From Alphaproteobacteria bacterium (GTDB lineage: Bacteria > Pseudomonadota > Alphaproteobacteria > CAAHEQ01 > UBA3637), in NCBI GenBank assembly GCA_045638265.1, contig JAZUBA010000077.1, forward strand, positions 4,655 to 68,654: DNA of 64,000 nt. The letters are read 5' to 3'. The position numbers and the translations under genes were made by a program. Shown here in pieces: positions 29,956 through 39,711 of the stretch (positions are counted from its first letter, which is position 1; every line of letters begins with the position of its first letter). Under the pieces are notes generated by a model that worked only from the letters and a program-made list of their open reading frames with translations, did not search any database and was not told the DNA's origin.

Positions 29956-30061
29956 GAGTAACCTCCTGTTTTTCTTTTGTATACGATAGGTTTTTTAGTG
30001 TTGTCAAGATTTATTTTGCAAATTTTACATATGATTATATGTAAAATCAGTCTTTTTTATT

Positions 30062-31042
30062 CTACTTTGTCAGTACACAGAAAATTTCAATATGATTTGT
30101 ATACATAAATTGGTCAACAGGAATTACTTTTTCCAATCTATACCCACCATTTATTAAATCTTTGATATCACGAGATGCTGTATTCGGATTACAGGAAATC
30201 ATCAAAATCCGTTGAACTTGACTTTGTGCCAATTGACGACATTGTTCTTTCCCGCCGGCACGAGGTGGGTCAATAACAACCGTATCAAACATATTTAATT
30301 CGTTTGGTAAAAGAGGATTGCGAAACAAATCTCGCTCAAAACCCATATTTCCCAAAGCTTTTAAACTGTCTCCGGCAATATCATAACCTTGAACGGATAA
30401 TCCCTTTTGTGCAATTGGTTTCGCAAACGTACCGCTTCCGCAAAATAAATCAGCAACTTTTTTGGCATCACCTAAATGGGTTAAAACCAAATTGACTAAT
30501 GCTTCTTCACCTTTGGCAGATGGTTGTAAAAATGAATCAGGAGGGAAGGGTAGTTGTATTTGTTGTACAATCGGTTCTTTATTATAAAGCAAACGGGCAA
30601 CGTTATTTTTAAGAGCAAAATCGGCTAATAATTCCCGTTGATTAAGTGTTAAATTTCCGACACCGCTTCGTTTAATATGCATATCAATACCAAAAGGTGT
30701 ATTTAAAACAGCAATTTCACCGCTACCTTTAAGTTCTCGTATCAATTCTTGTAAACGAGGTAAAAAATCACTCAACGGCTGAACAAGGGCCGGACAGGCA
30801 TTTAAGGCAATAATTTGATGACTTTTGAGGGCATTAAAACCGATTTTTCCTTTTTGAAAAGCAAAAGTTGCGCGTCTGCGTGTGCCAAAAGGAATAGTGA
30901 TAATCGGTTGAATATCACAATCAATCCCTTGATTTAAAAATGCCGTTTTCACAAAATTATGCTTGTTTTTAAGATAGTCTTCCAAGGGTAAATGCTGATA
31001 AAGACATCCGCCACATCGTTCAAAAGTGGGACATATTGTCAT
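30062..31042 (-). CDS. SAM-dependent RNA (uracil-5)-methyltransferase of the RlmD/RumA/TrmA family (short form without TRAM domain)
   Basis: N-terminal Cys cluster CPTFERCGGCLYQH; motif I DLFCGSGTF; motif IV VVIDPPRAG; catalytic-Cys region ILMISCNPNT. Confidence 0.7.
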   Translation of the reverse strand: MTICPTFERCGGCLYQHLPLEDYLKNKHNFVKTAFLNQGIDCDIQPIITIPFGTRRRATFAFQKGKIGFNALKSHQIIALNACPALVQPLSDFLPRLQELIRELKGSGEIAVLNTPFGIDMHIKRSGVGNLTLNQRELLADFALKNNVARLLYNKEPIVQQIQLPFPPDSFLQPSAKGEEALVNLVLTHLGDAKKVADLFCGSGTFAKPIAQKGLSVQGYDIAGDSLKALGNMGFERDLFRNPLLPNELNMFDTVVIDPPRAGGKEQCRQLAQSQVQRILMISCNPNTASRDIKDLINGGYRLEKVIPVDQFMYTNHIEIFCVLTK

Positions 31043-31198
31043 AAAAATACTTCCTTATTTAAAATAACTGTTTGATAAAATTGTTTTTTTATCTGATAAC
31101 ATTTTTTTGCGTTTCTGTCAATAAAATTATTTGACATTAACCTAAAAAAAAAGTAAATTGTATGAGAATTTATTGTTTTTAACCAAAGGATAAAGAAA

Positions 31199-32677
31199 AT
31201 GACTGAAAATCCCAATTTAGGACACGAACAACGTCAAGTTCGTTTAAGCAAATTAAAAGCATTGGAATCAAAAGGTATTAATGCCTATCCGCAAATTTAC
31301 AGACCGAATGCAACATCTGCCTCATTGGCAGAACGTTATGCCGAATTACCAAACGATACGCAAACGGAAGATAAAGTGATTGTTGCCGGGCGTATTCGTG
31401 CTATTCGTAATTCCGGTATGTTTATTGATGTTTATGATGCAACGGGTAAAGTTCAAATCTATACATCCAAAGAACATAGTTCGGCTGAATTGTTAGAAAT
31501 GTTGAGCTTTTTGGATATTGGCGATATTATTGGGGTTGAAGGTCTTGTTAAACGGACAAAACGAGGTGAATTATCTGTTTGTTCAGAAAAAATCACAATG
31601 TTGGCAAAAGCTTTGTTGCCATTGCCTGAAAAATATCACGGTTTGACGGATACAGATACAAAGTATAGACAACGTTACCTTGATATGATTATGAATCCTG
31701 AAACAACTCAAACACTTATTAAGCGTTCTAAAATTATTACTTCAATCCGTGAGTTGTTGTTAAAAGATGGTTTGTTGGAAGTTGAAACACCGATTTTACA
31801 CGTTATCAAAGGTGGGGCAACGGCAAAACCGTTTATTACGCATCATAATGCTTTGGATATGGATTTGTTTTTGCGTGTTGCACCTGAATTACACTTAAAA
31901 CGCTTAATTGTCGGTGGTTTAAACGGGGTATTTGAAATTGGACGTAACTTCCGTAATGAAGGTATTGATACTCGTCATAATCCGGAATTTACCATGATGG
32001 AAATCTATCGCCAATACAATGACTATACCGATATGATGACATTGTTTGAAAAAATGGTTGAAAACGCTGCTTTAACAGTCAATGGCACAACTGAAATTGA
32101 AATTGACGGCAATAAAATTGACTTAAAAGGTCCATATCCTCGTAAAACAATGGCTGAATTAGTTGAAGAATATACAGGTGTTGACTTTATTGCTATTGAA
32201 ACAGATGAAGAAGCTCGTGTTGCTTGTGACAAATTAGGCGTTTCCGTTGATGAAAGAGTCGATTGGGGTCATTGTTTGGCAACTGTGTTTGAAGAAAAAT
32301 GTGAACATCATTTGATTCAACCGACACACGTCATTGACCATCCGAAATCCATTTCACCGTTAACAAAAGAACATCGTGATAATCCACGTTTGGTTGAACG
32401 GTTTGAAACATTTATCAATACATGGGAAATTTGTAATGCCTATACAGAGTTAACAAATCCATTAGATCAACGGGCTCGTTTTGAAGAACAGGTTAAAGAA
32501 CGTGAAGCCGGGGATGATGAAGCCGATATGATGGATGAAGATTATGTAACAGCTTTGGAATACGGTTTACCGCCAACGGGTGGTTTGGGTGTCGGTTTAG
32601 ACCGATTGATTATGTTGTTGACATCTAATCCGTCAATCAGAGATATTATTGCTTTCCCGACAATGCGTAAAAAATAG
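31199..32677 (+). CDS. lysS: Lysyl-tRNA synthetase, class II
   Basis: Class II motifs (FRNEG, GGLGVGLDRLIMLLT) and an N-terminal OB anticodon-binding domain; 492 aa. Confidence 0.92.
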   Translation: MTENPNLGHEQRQVRLSKLKALESKGINAYPQIYRPNATSASLAERYAELPNDTQTEDKVIVAGRIRAIRNSGMFIDVYDATGKVQIYTSKEHSSAELLEMLSFLDIGDIIGVEGLVKRTKRGELSVCSEKITMLAKALLPLPEKYHGLTDTDTKYRQRYLDMIMNPETTQTLIKRSKIITSIRELLLKDGLLEVETPILHVIKGGATAKPFITHHNALDMDLFLRVAPELHLKRLIVGGLNGVFEIGRNFRNEGIDTRHNPEFTMMEIYRQYNDYTDMMTLFEKMVENAALTVNGTTEIEIDGNKIDLKGPYPRKTMAELVEEYTGVDFIAIETDEEARVACDKLGVSVDERVDWGHCLATVFEEKCEHHLIQPTHVIDHPKSISPLTKEHRDNPRLVERFETFINTWEICNAYTELTNPLDQRARFEEQVKEREAGDDEADMMDEDYVTALEYGLPPTGGLGVGLDRLIMLLTSNPSIRDIIAFPTMRKK

Positions 32678-32743
32678 CTTGCATTTTTTGGAAAAACAAT
32701 ATATTAAATATATGCAATATTAATTTAATAAAGGGAGAACGTT

Positions 32744-33118
32744 ATGGAAAACGAACAAGTACAAACACAAGAACAACCAACACAAACAGTTGAACAACCA
32801 AAATCAGAAGCCGCAAAAAAATTGATGGAAAATATTAAACCGATTTTGGAATTAAAAGAACCGATTTTCTTACCAAAATTAGCAGAAAAATTTGCAAAAC
32901 GTTTGTCATTGATTTATTTGATTGGTTTAATTGTTTTAACATGCTCATTATTAATGGCTATGGTAAGTGTGTTTTCTTCACCGGTCGCAGGATTGTTCAA
33001 TCTTGTTATGACTGCAGTCTGGTTTATTGTATTCCGTATGTTGTGTGAAACATTGTTAGCATACCAACCAGCTACTGAAACTCCGATTGAAGCACCGGAA
33101 GCTCCGGCTGAACAATAA
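32744..33118 (+). CDS. Small membrane protein of unknown function
   Basis: Two hydrophobic helices (LIYLIGLIVLTCSLLMAMVSVF, LFNLVMTAVWFIVF) flanked by Gln/Glu/Pro-rich termini. Confidence 0.4.
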   Translation: MENEQVQTQEQPTQTVEQPKSEAAKKLMENIKPILELKEPIFLPKLAEKFAKRLSLIYLIGLIVLTCSLLMAMVSVFSSPVAGLFNLVMTAVWFIVFRMLCETLLAYQPATETPIEAPEAPAEQ

Positions 33119-33136
33119 TGAAATAGCAGAGGTAAA

Positions 33137-33213
33137 GTTCCCGTAGCTCAGTAGGATAGAGCGTAGGATTCCTAATCCTAAGGCCGTGGGTTCGATTCCC
33201 TCCGGGAACGCCA
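33137..33213 (+). tRNA. tRNA-Arg (anticodon CCT)
   Basis: Hand fold: acceptor GTTCCCG/CGGGAAC; D-arm GCTC-AGTAGGATA-GAGC; anticodon arm TAGGA-TTCCTAA-TCCTA (U33, CCT, A37); T-loop TTCGATT; encoded CCA. There is one U-U mismatch in the T-stem. Confidence 0.7.
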
Positions 33214-33220
33214 TTTATCA

Positions 33221-33670
33221 ATGACAAAGGTACTACAAAATATTTATGCAACATGTGTTGTATATCAAGAGGTGGGTTTACTCATTTGTGGAAAAAGCGG
33301 ATGTGGAAAATCTTCATTGGCATTGTCATTGATAGAAAAAGGTGCTTATCTGGTTAGCGATGACCGAACGGATTTATTTGATAAAGACGGTGTTTTGTAT
33401 GCCAAAGCACCGTCTTTGTTATATGATTTAATGGAAGTGCGACATATCGGTTTGGTTTCAGGGTGGCCGACAAAACAAGAAACGCCCATTCATTGCATTA
33501 TACATTTGTGTGAAACAGAGCCTAATCGGTTACCCATAAATATTAAAGAAAATTTGTACGGTTATGAAATAATGTCGTTTTCATTAAATCAGTATGATTT
33601 TGCCTTGACAAGCAAAATAAATACTGTTATACAAATCATTAAAAAAAAATTGATTTTAAAGTCAATTTAA
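33221..33670 (+). CDS. hprK: HPr kinase/phosphorylase, short alphaproteobacterial form (C-terminal catalytic domain only)
   Basis: P-loop LICGKSGCGKSSLALSL and capping region LVSDDRTDL...MEVRHIGLV; 149 aa. Confidence 0.8.
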   Translation: MTKVLQNIYATCVVYQEVGLLICGKSGCGKSSLALSLIEKGAYLVSDDRTDLFDKDGVLYAKAPSLLYDLMEVRHIGLVSGWPTKQETPIHCIIHLCETEPNRLPINIKENLYGYEIMSFSLNQYDFALTSKINTVIQIIKKKLILKSI

Positions 33671-33693
33671 TCATTCAAAAATAAGGAGTTTAA

Positions 33694-34083
33694 ATGTTAG
33701 GGATTGTATTAGTTGGACATAATAATTTACCGGAAGCCATGTTGACAGTTGTTAAACATGTTGTCGGTCATACAGACGGTATGACATGTGTCTGTATTGA
33801 TATACATGATGATATGGAAGAAAAACGTCATGAAATTTTAGAAAAAACAATTTCTGTTGATACGGGTGACGGTGTTATTGTTGTAACGGATATGTTTGGC
33901 GGTACACCTTCTAATTTGGCTATTTCATTGATGGAAGAACGTAATATTGAAGTGATTTCAGGGATGAATGTGCCGATGTTGGTTAAATTGGCAGAACAAC
34001 GTTCTGAAACAATGCAAACAGCTGTTAAAAATGCACAGGAAGCAGGACGTAAATATATCAATATTGCCTCTAATTTGTTGTAA
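33694..34083 (+). CDS. PTS EIIA component, mannose/fructose family (regulatory)
   Basis: MLGIVLVGHNNLPEAM with the phosphorylatable His near position 9; 129 aa; AAGGAG RBS. Confidence 0.8.
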   Translation: MLGIVLVGHNNLPEAMLTVVKHVVGHTDGMTCVCIDIHDDMEEKRHEILEKTISVDTGDGVIVVTDMFGGTPSNLAISLMEERNIEVISGMNVPMLVKLAEQRSETMQTAVKNAQEAGRKYINIASNLL

Positions 34084-34092
34084 GGATTGCAA

Positions 34093-34374
34093 ATGTCGCA
34101 AATTATTACAAAAAAACTGCTCATTCAAAACTTAAAAGGATTACATGCACGGGCAACGGCTTCATTTGTTAAAGTTGCTTCTCAATTTCAATCCGATATA
34201 GAAATAGCAAAAAGTGAAGACGGAATGACAGTTTCCGGTAAGTCAATTATGGGTATTTTAATGCTTGCCGTGCCGTTAGGTACAGAAATTACCGTTACGG
34301 CAAAAGGTAGTGATGCACAAGAAGCGGTGAATGCTTTGGAAGAATTGGTTAATGCACGTTTTAATGAAGATTAA
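34093..34374 (+). CDS. ptsH: HPr/NPr phosphocarrier protein
   Basis: LKGLHARATASFV (His15-region motif) and GKSIMGILMLA (Ser46-region motif). The ATG at 34093 follows an AAGGA RBS; the track start 34087 is TTG. Confidence 0.8.
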   Translation: MSQIITKKLLIQNLKGLHARATASFVKVASQFQSDIEIAKSEDGMTVSGKSIMGILMLAVPLGTEITVTAKGSDAQEAVNALEELVNARFNED

Positions 34375-34401
34375 TTATTGATGAAATAACTATTTATTGA
34401 A

Positions 34402-34433
34402 CATCCGATATGATAATGTCGGATGTTTTTTTT
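34402..34433 (+). terminator. Rho-independent terminator after the PTS operon
   Basis: CATCCGA-tatgataatgt-CGGATG followed by TTTTTTTT. Confidence 0.65.
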
Positions 34434-34508
34434 GTATAAATATTGACAAATTATTCTTTTTAATGTATCTTATAACAATATATGAAATTCAAGCAAAAGG
34501 AAAACGAA

Positions 34509-35174
34509 ATGAATCAAACTGACAAAGTTATTGATATGCAAAATGAATTTGGAGAAACACGATTAATGAAAAGTGTTTTATCCGGTTGTATAGCCGGTGT
34601 TAAAATAGCTCTTGCACAAGGGGCATCTTTAAATATTCAGGATAAAATGGGACATACGGCTTTAGCACTCGCTTGTATTTATAATCATCCTGAGATTGAA
34701 AAATTGCTTATTCAGGCCGGCGCTGATGTTAACATTTCAGATATATCTCATACAACACCGCTTATTCACGCTTGTTATAATGGAAATACGGCACAAATTA
34801 AACGATTGATAAAAGCCGGCGCTGATGTTAACGCTAGTGATTATGATGATATGAGTCCGTTAACATATGCTGTTAAATCAAACGTTTTAAGTGCGGTGGA
34901 AGCTGTATTGGAAGCACAACCGAATGTAAATATACAAGATATGCACAAACGGACACCACTTATCTGGGCATCAACTCCTGATCGGATTGATATGTTTGAA
35001 GTTTTATTGAAAGCAGGGGCTTCAACGGAAATTTGTGATAAGAATGGGAAAACGGTACTTGATTATGCTATTAAAATGCAAAATCCGAAAGCTGTGAAAT
35101 TAATACAACAATATCAGCCCAAAATGCGGAAAATGGTTAATCAATATCTCAATCATGAAAAGCAAAACGGATAA
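34509..35174 (+). CDS. Ankyrin-repeat protein
   Basis: GETRLMKSV, GHTALALAC, HTTPLIHACYNG and SPLTYAVKS repeats. The track start is 34482, but AAAAGGAAA then ATG at 34509 is the better start. A TTGACA promoter box lies at 34443. Confidence 0.75.
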   Translation: MNQTDKVIDMQNEFGETRLMKSVLSGCIAGVKIALAQGASLNIQDKMGHTALALACIYNHPEIEKLLIQAGADVNISDISHTTPLIHACYNGNTAQIKRLIKAGADVNASDYDDMSPLTYAVKSNVLSAVEAVLEAQPNVNIQDMHKRTPLIWASTPDRIDMFEVLLKAGASTEICDKNGKTVLDYAIKMQNPKAVKLIQQYQPKMRKMVNQYLNHEKQNG

Positions 35175-35192
35175 TAGTGCGGAGAAACATTA

Positions 35193-35942
35193 ATGACAAA
35201 TTTAAATTATCGTGAACAGGAAAAAATATGGTTTCAATATATTGAAAAAAACGATATTGAAATGATAAAATCTTGTATTAAAGAAAATTTTGATATTAAT
35301 TTACAAAACAAAGATGGTGAAACAGCGTTGATGAAATTTGCACAACAAGGAAATAATGAAGTTGTTGAATTGTTAATCAACGCAGGGGCAAATTTAAATA
35401 TAACTGATGAATATGGTGATACGGCTTTAATTAAAGCGATTGAACATTTTCATTTAAACACATTAAAATTGTTAGTTGAACGTGGTGCAGATATTCATCA
35501 GGAAAATGAATCTCATGATTCGCCGTTGATGGTTGCCTGTGAAATCGGAAATGTAGAAGCCGGACGATATTTGCTAAATCAAGGAGCTAATCATCGGCAT
35601 ACAAATACTTGTGATGAAACAGCCGTTATTAAAGCAGCCCAACATGGGTCGTTGCCTAACTTAATGGATTTAATTTCTGTTGGCGCCGATATTAATGCAC
35701 AAGATACACGTGGTAAAACAGCATTAATGCATGCCATTGAACAAGGACATAATAAAGTTGTTGATGTTTTATTGTTACACAAAGCAAACACAGCCATTAA
35801 AAACAATCAATGCAAAACGGCCCGACAAATTGCCTATCAGTGTAAAAATAAAACAGCATTGTATTTATTTTCTATACATGAACCCGGTTTGAAAGATGTA
35901 TTTAAAATGTTGCTCTTTGGGTTTCAAAGGCAACGTGATTAA
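35193..35942 (+). CDS. Ankyrin-repeat protein
   Basis: GETALMKFAQQG, GDTALIKAIEH, DSPLMVACEIG and KTALMHAIEQG repeats. Confidence 0.8.
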   Translation: MTNLNYREQEKIWFQYIEKNDIEMIKSCIKENFDINLQNKDGETALMKFAQQGNNEVVELLINAGANLNITDEYGDTALIKAIEHFHLNTLKLLVERGADIHQENESHDSPLMVACEIGNVEAGRYLLNQGANHRHTNTCDETAVIKAAQHGSLPNLMDLISVGADINAQDTRGKTALMHAIEQGHNKVVDVLLLHKANTAIKNNQCKTARQIAYQCKNKTALYLFSIHEPGLKDVFKMLLFGFQRQRD

Positions 35943-35969
35943 ATGATGGATAATTTTTTATAAAAAAGT

Positions 35970-35999
35970 AGGGCGTACAATATTTTTATTTGTACGCCC
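35970..35999. terminator. Hairpin terminator between convergent genes (T-run on the minus strand)
   Basis: GGGCGTACAA-tatttttatt-TGTACGCCC. Confidence 0.5.
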
Positions 36000-36019
36000 A
36001 TTCATTTGTGGTTTTTAAA

Positions 36020-36931
36020 CTACCAACGATTAAAAGCTCCGTTTTCAACAAGTTTAAGAATATTTTGACTTGTTATATTTCGTTTTTCTTGACGGTTTTG
36101 AATGCGTTTGTATCTGTTTAATCCGATTTTGAGTTGTAAATCAGTGTTTTCAGGGTTGTTGCGTAATTGTTTTTCTTCATCATCAGACAAAAGTTCAAAT
36201 CGGTAATAAATTGGCTGAATACCTATTTTAGATGCACTATTAATATCTGAATATAAATTATCTCCGGTATGAACCCATTGTTTTATATTAACATTTTCCT
36301 TTTCTTGAACAATTTTATATAAATCACCTGAATATTTGGATTTTTGATGTTCACAAGAAATATACAAAGGCAAATCAGCCAATATTTTATCTGCTTTTTC
36401 AAGCAAAGAACGAATGACTTTTTCCGGTAAATACATATCTGAAATCAAGATGACTTTTTTGTTTTGTTCAATGCGTTTTTTTACCATTTTTATATTAATA
36501 TTAATCGGTAAAATTGAATCTAGTTCTGTTTGAATTTCAAGATTTTTTAACAATGTAATTTGTTTGGCTGATAATTTTTCTTCCTCAGCAATAATATCGT
36601 AAATTTGGTTTAATGTAATTTCTTGAATATCAGAAGAAACAAGCCGTTGACGAGCCGTTAATTCAGCTTTTTGGCGAATATTGAAAAAATGTTCCCGAAC
36701 GGATTTTGGAATAGAATGATAATGTTCATCCATAAGCATTGTTTTTGACATAACGGCAAAAATTCCGTCCGGTTGAGCGGTATTTCTGGTTATTAACGTA
36801 TCAAATATATCAAACGAATATACTGAATTAGGTATACGTTCTTTTTTTATATGTTCAGGTTTATTTTGTGGATATTGTTTAATAATATCAGCAAAAACAT
36901 CTGTCAAATAAGATATATCATTCATTACCAA
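36020..36931 (-). CDS. HAD-superfamily hydrolase
   Basis: Motif I FDIFDTLITR (DxDxT), motif II ILISDM, motif IV GDNLYSD; N- and C-terminal extensions. Confidence 0.55.
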   Translation of the reverse strand: MVMNDISYLTDVFADIIKQYPQNKPEHIKKERIPNSVYSFDIFDTLITRNTAQPDGIFAVMSKTMLMDEHYHSIPKSVREHFFNIRQKAELTARQRLVSSDIQEITLNQIYDIIAEEEKLSAKQITLLKNLEIQTELDSILPININIKMVKKRIEQNKKVILISDMYLPEKVIRSLLEKADKILADLPLYISCEHQKSKYSGDLYKIVQEKENVNIKQWVHTGDNLYSDINSASKIGIQPIYYRFELLSDDEEKQLRNNPENTDLQLKIGLNRYKRIQNRQEKRNITSQNILKLVENGAFNRW

Positions 36932-37227
36932 CTTCCCCTTTTTGTGATTAACTTTATTAAGTATATCACAAATTTAAAAATTAAGCAAGAATAATATTAT
37001 TTTTTTTACTATTTATTAATTTTTATACATAAAAAAATCAATAAAAGTAAAATATTTATTTAATTAAAAGTAATCAAAATAAAAATTTTATCTGTAAATT
37101 TTTACAAAAAAAATATATTCTTTAATTTTTTGAAAAAACAAATATTATGATGTGAATTATTAAAGGGTTTTTCTTTTTAATAAAATAGAATAATTTGATA
37201 AAATTTTTTAAAAAAACAAAAAAAAGA

Positions 37228-37256
37228 TTGACAGGAAAACCTCAAAATGTTATAGT
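37228..37256 (+). promoter_or_regulatory. Consensus sigma70 promoter (TTGACA-17-TATAGT) within a ~360-bp extremely AT-rich upstream region
   Basis: TTGACA at 37228-37233, a 17-nt spacer, TATAGT at 37251-37256; AAAAGGAG RBS; ATG at 37296. Confidence 0.5.
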
Positions 37257-37295
37257 TTATCAAATTAAGAGCAATAGGAAAAAGGAGTTTTTTTT

Positions 37296-38267
37296 ATGAG
37301 AGAATTGTCAGTAGATGAGTTGTGTCAAAATGTACATCGTCCGATTAAAGGGACTTTTCGCATATATAAAACTAAACCTAAAACCTCTGTTGAACAATCT
37401 GTTACGGAAATGATTGAAGAAGCAAAACAACAAAAGTGTATGATTGTTTCAGAATTTAAAGGTATTCCCATTATGGTTGATGAGCAATCAACCGTTTCTG
37501 GTATTGTGAAATCTTATGAATGTGAATCTAAAGCACGTTTGGCTGAAAATAAAGAAATGCGAAAGTTTGTGATTAATTTAAAACAAACATATTTGATGAA
37601 TTTGTCAATGGGAACAGATATTTATACTGCTACAGATAATATGATTAAGGTTGCTCAAGCTTTAAATGGGATTGTATTTGCAAAATTCAATACCGTTCCC
37701 TTTGCCGTTAATCAACATTCAACTCTTGACGGGGTTATTAACGGTTTTCAAACAGAAGTGAGTGAACGAAGTGAAGCATATAAAAATTCACCAGAGGGTC
37801 AAAAACGGGCATTAGAAGAAAAACGGCGAGAAATTGAAGATTATAAATTAGGGATTCAGGTTGATGAACTTATTAAAAATGAAGAATTGTCCATCACATC
37901 TCCAATTCATTTTAATAAATTAAAAACAAATGCTGAAAAAGAGGGGTTATCAGCCATTGTTGATGTTGCCAATCGTTGGGGTCGTTTAATGCAGATTGAA
38001 ATGAAAAATCAAAATACAAACAAATTAACGCAGAAAATGGTTGCTTCAACTTATAAAATGGCAACAGCCGGAAAGTCGGATTATAATCTGTCCGGTTCTC
38101 TGTATGGCTTTGTACGTAATATGTTGATTGTTTGTTGGGATAAGGGTCGTGATTTAGCACAAATTGAACGATTTAATATGACAGAAGTTGATACGGTTCG
38201 TCATGAAGTTCAATCAGCTGAGAAGAATATTAAAACGCCAATTAAAACAAATAATTATACACGATAA
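37296..38267 (+). CDS. Hypothetical protein
   Basis: 323-aa ORF with a strong promoter, RBS and terminator; no recognisable motif. Confidence 0.5.
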   Translation: MRELSVDELCQNVHRPIKGTFRIYKTKPKTSVEQSVTEMIEEAKQQKCMIVSEFKGIPIMVDEQSTVSGIVKSYECESKARLAENKEMRKFVINLKQTYLMNLSMGTDIYTATDNMIKVAQALNGIVFAKFNTVPFAVNQHSTLDGVINGFQTEVSERSEAYKNSPEGQKRALEEKRREIEDYKLGIQVDELIKNEELSITSPIHFNKLKTNAEKEGLSAIVDVANRWGRLMQIEMKNQNTNKLTQKMVASTYKMATAGKSDYNLSGSLYGFVRNMLIVCWDKGRDLAQIERFNMTEVDTVRHEVQSAEKNIKTPIKTNNYTR

Positions 38268-38274
38268 TTATTAA

Positions 38275-38302
38275 AAAGCCCTTAAACAGAGGGCTTTTTT
38301 TT
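38275..38302 (+). terminator. Rho-independent terminator
   Basis: AAAGCCC-ttaaacaga-GGGCTTT followed by TTTTTT. Confidence 0.65.
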
Positions 38303-38383
38303 GTATCAAATTTACACATAAAAATAATTGTATTTAACGAAAATTTAAGCAATCAGTGTGTATAGTATATACAGGAGAGCAAA

Positions 38384-39031
38384 ATGCAAAAAAGATTATA
38401 TTTTTTACGCCACGGTGAAACAGATTGGAATCTGGATGGTAAAATGCAAGGACAACAAGATATTCCGCTTAATTCTACCGGACGTGAGCAAGCATATATA
38501 ACAGGACAAATATTACAACATCAGCCGATAGGACGTATTGTTAGTGCAACTTTATGTCGAGCTTATGAAACGGCAAATATTGTTAATTCCTTTTTAAACG
38601 TTCCACTAACTCAAACAACAGATTTAAATGAATTATCAGCTGGTATATGTGAAGGGAAAAGTTTGCGTTTTATTTCTATGCAATATGCACCTCTCATTAA
38701 AGATATGTTGGATAAAACAAATCCGAATCGGTTTTCATTGTCGTTACCAATGGGTGAAAGTTGGCGAGATGCAGAAAGACGAGTGTTAGACTGTATTAAT
38801 GAAACGGCATTAACATATCCTGAACATCATATTCTGTTTGTATCGCATTATGGGATTATACAAAATTTATTAATAACGCAACTGGGAATAGATTTTGAGC
38901 AAAATAATTGTGCATGTGTTTCGTGTTTGTATGATACGCAAACACATCAATTCAGTCAATATGAATTGGTATATGCCGGTTGTGAAAATTTTGAAGACAA
39001 CGGAGCAAATGATAAACCTGTTTTATTTTAA
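38384..39031 (+). CDS. Histidine phosphatase family protein (phosphoglycerate mutase-like)
   Basis: LYFLRHGETDWN catalytic RHG motif; 215 aa. Confidence 0.75.
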   Translation: MQKRLYFLRHGETDWNLDGKMQGQQDIPLNSTGREQAYITGQILQHQPIGRIVSATLCRAYETANIVNSFLNVPLTQTTDLNELSAGICEGKSLRFISMQYAPLIKDMLDKTNPNRFSLSLPMGESWRDAERRVLDCINETALTYPEHHILFVSHYGIIQNLLITQLGIDFEQNNCACVSCLYDTQTHQFSQYELVYAGCENFEDNGANDKPVLF

Positions 39032-39043
39032 AAAGGAGATAAT

Positions 39044-39619
39044 ATGTCTAAATATAAACCATATTTTCCCGCACTGGCAAAATGTGCACCAGATAGTTCA
39101 TTTTTTAATGAAACAATCAGTTTGGCAAATAATAATGGCGAAACGGTTTGTTCGCATTGGCGAGCTTATCATCATCCGGATGGTATGTATCCTATCATCG
39201 GAGCAACTTTTATTTTAAATAGTGAAAACAAAATTATTTTACAAAAAAACTCACGCTATAAACGAACAGATGCATTAAAATGGACATTTTCGTCAGGCGG
39301 ACATATTGATGCAACGGAAACCCAAGAGCAGGGTGCTTTAAGGGAACTTTTGGAAGAAATGGGGATAAAGGGTGTACTTGATTGCAAAATAGGCGTTTAT
39401 CGTAATATGCGAAATGGTAAACCGGGTGCTTTTTATACGGTTTGGTTGGTACGACACGATGGTCCGTATCAAATTGATGAACAGGAAGCCGATTGTATTC
39501 GTGCTTTTACGCTGGATGAAGTTTATGGTATGGTTCAAAAAAATCCTAATGATTTTAAACAACCGTTTGTAACAGCTTTTCTTGATTTTTATAAGAGAAG
39601 AAATGAATTTGGTGTTTAA
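39044..39619 (+). CDS. NUDIX hydrolase
   Basis: Nudix box GGHIDATETQEQGALRELLEEMGI (Gx5Ex7REUxEExGU). Confidence 0.8.
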   Translation: MSKYKPYFPALAKCAPDSSFFNETISLANNNGETVCSHWRAYHHPDGMYPIIGATFILNSENKIILQKNSRYKRTDALKWTFSSGGHIDATETQEQGALRELLEEMGIKGVLDCKIGVYRNMRNGKPGAFYTVWLVRHDGPYQIDEQEADCIRAFTLDEVYGMVQKNPNDFKQPFVTAFLDFYKRRNEFGV

Positions 39620-39711
39620 ATATTAATCATAATATTCAAACAAAACAAACTGTATATCAAAATATAAACACAAACATATAGTTAAAACAATTTTTATTTC
39701 TTGGAAACACA

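Noticed and set aside
33072-33254. 60-aa minus-strand ORF
   Set aside because: It lies antisense across the tRNA-Arg gene; this is an artefact of the open frame through the structured RNA.
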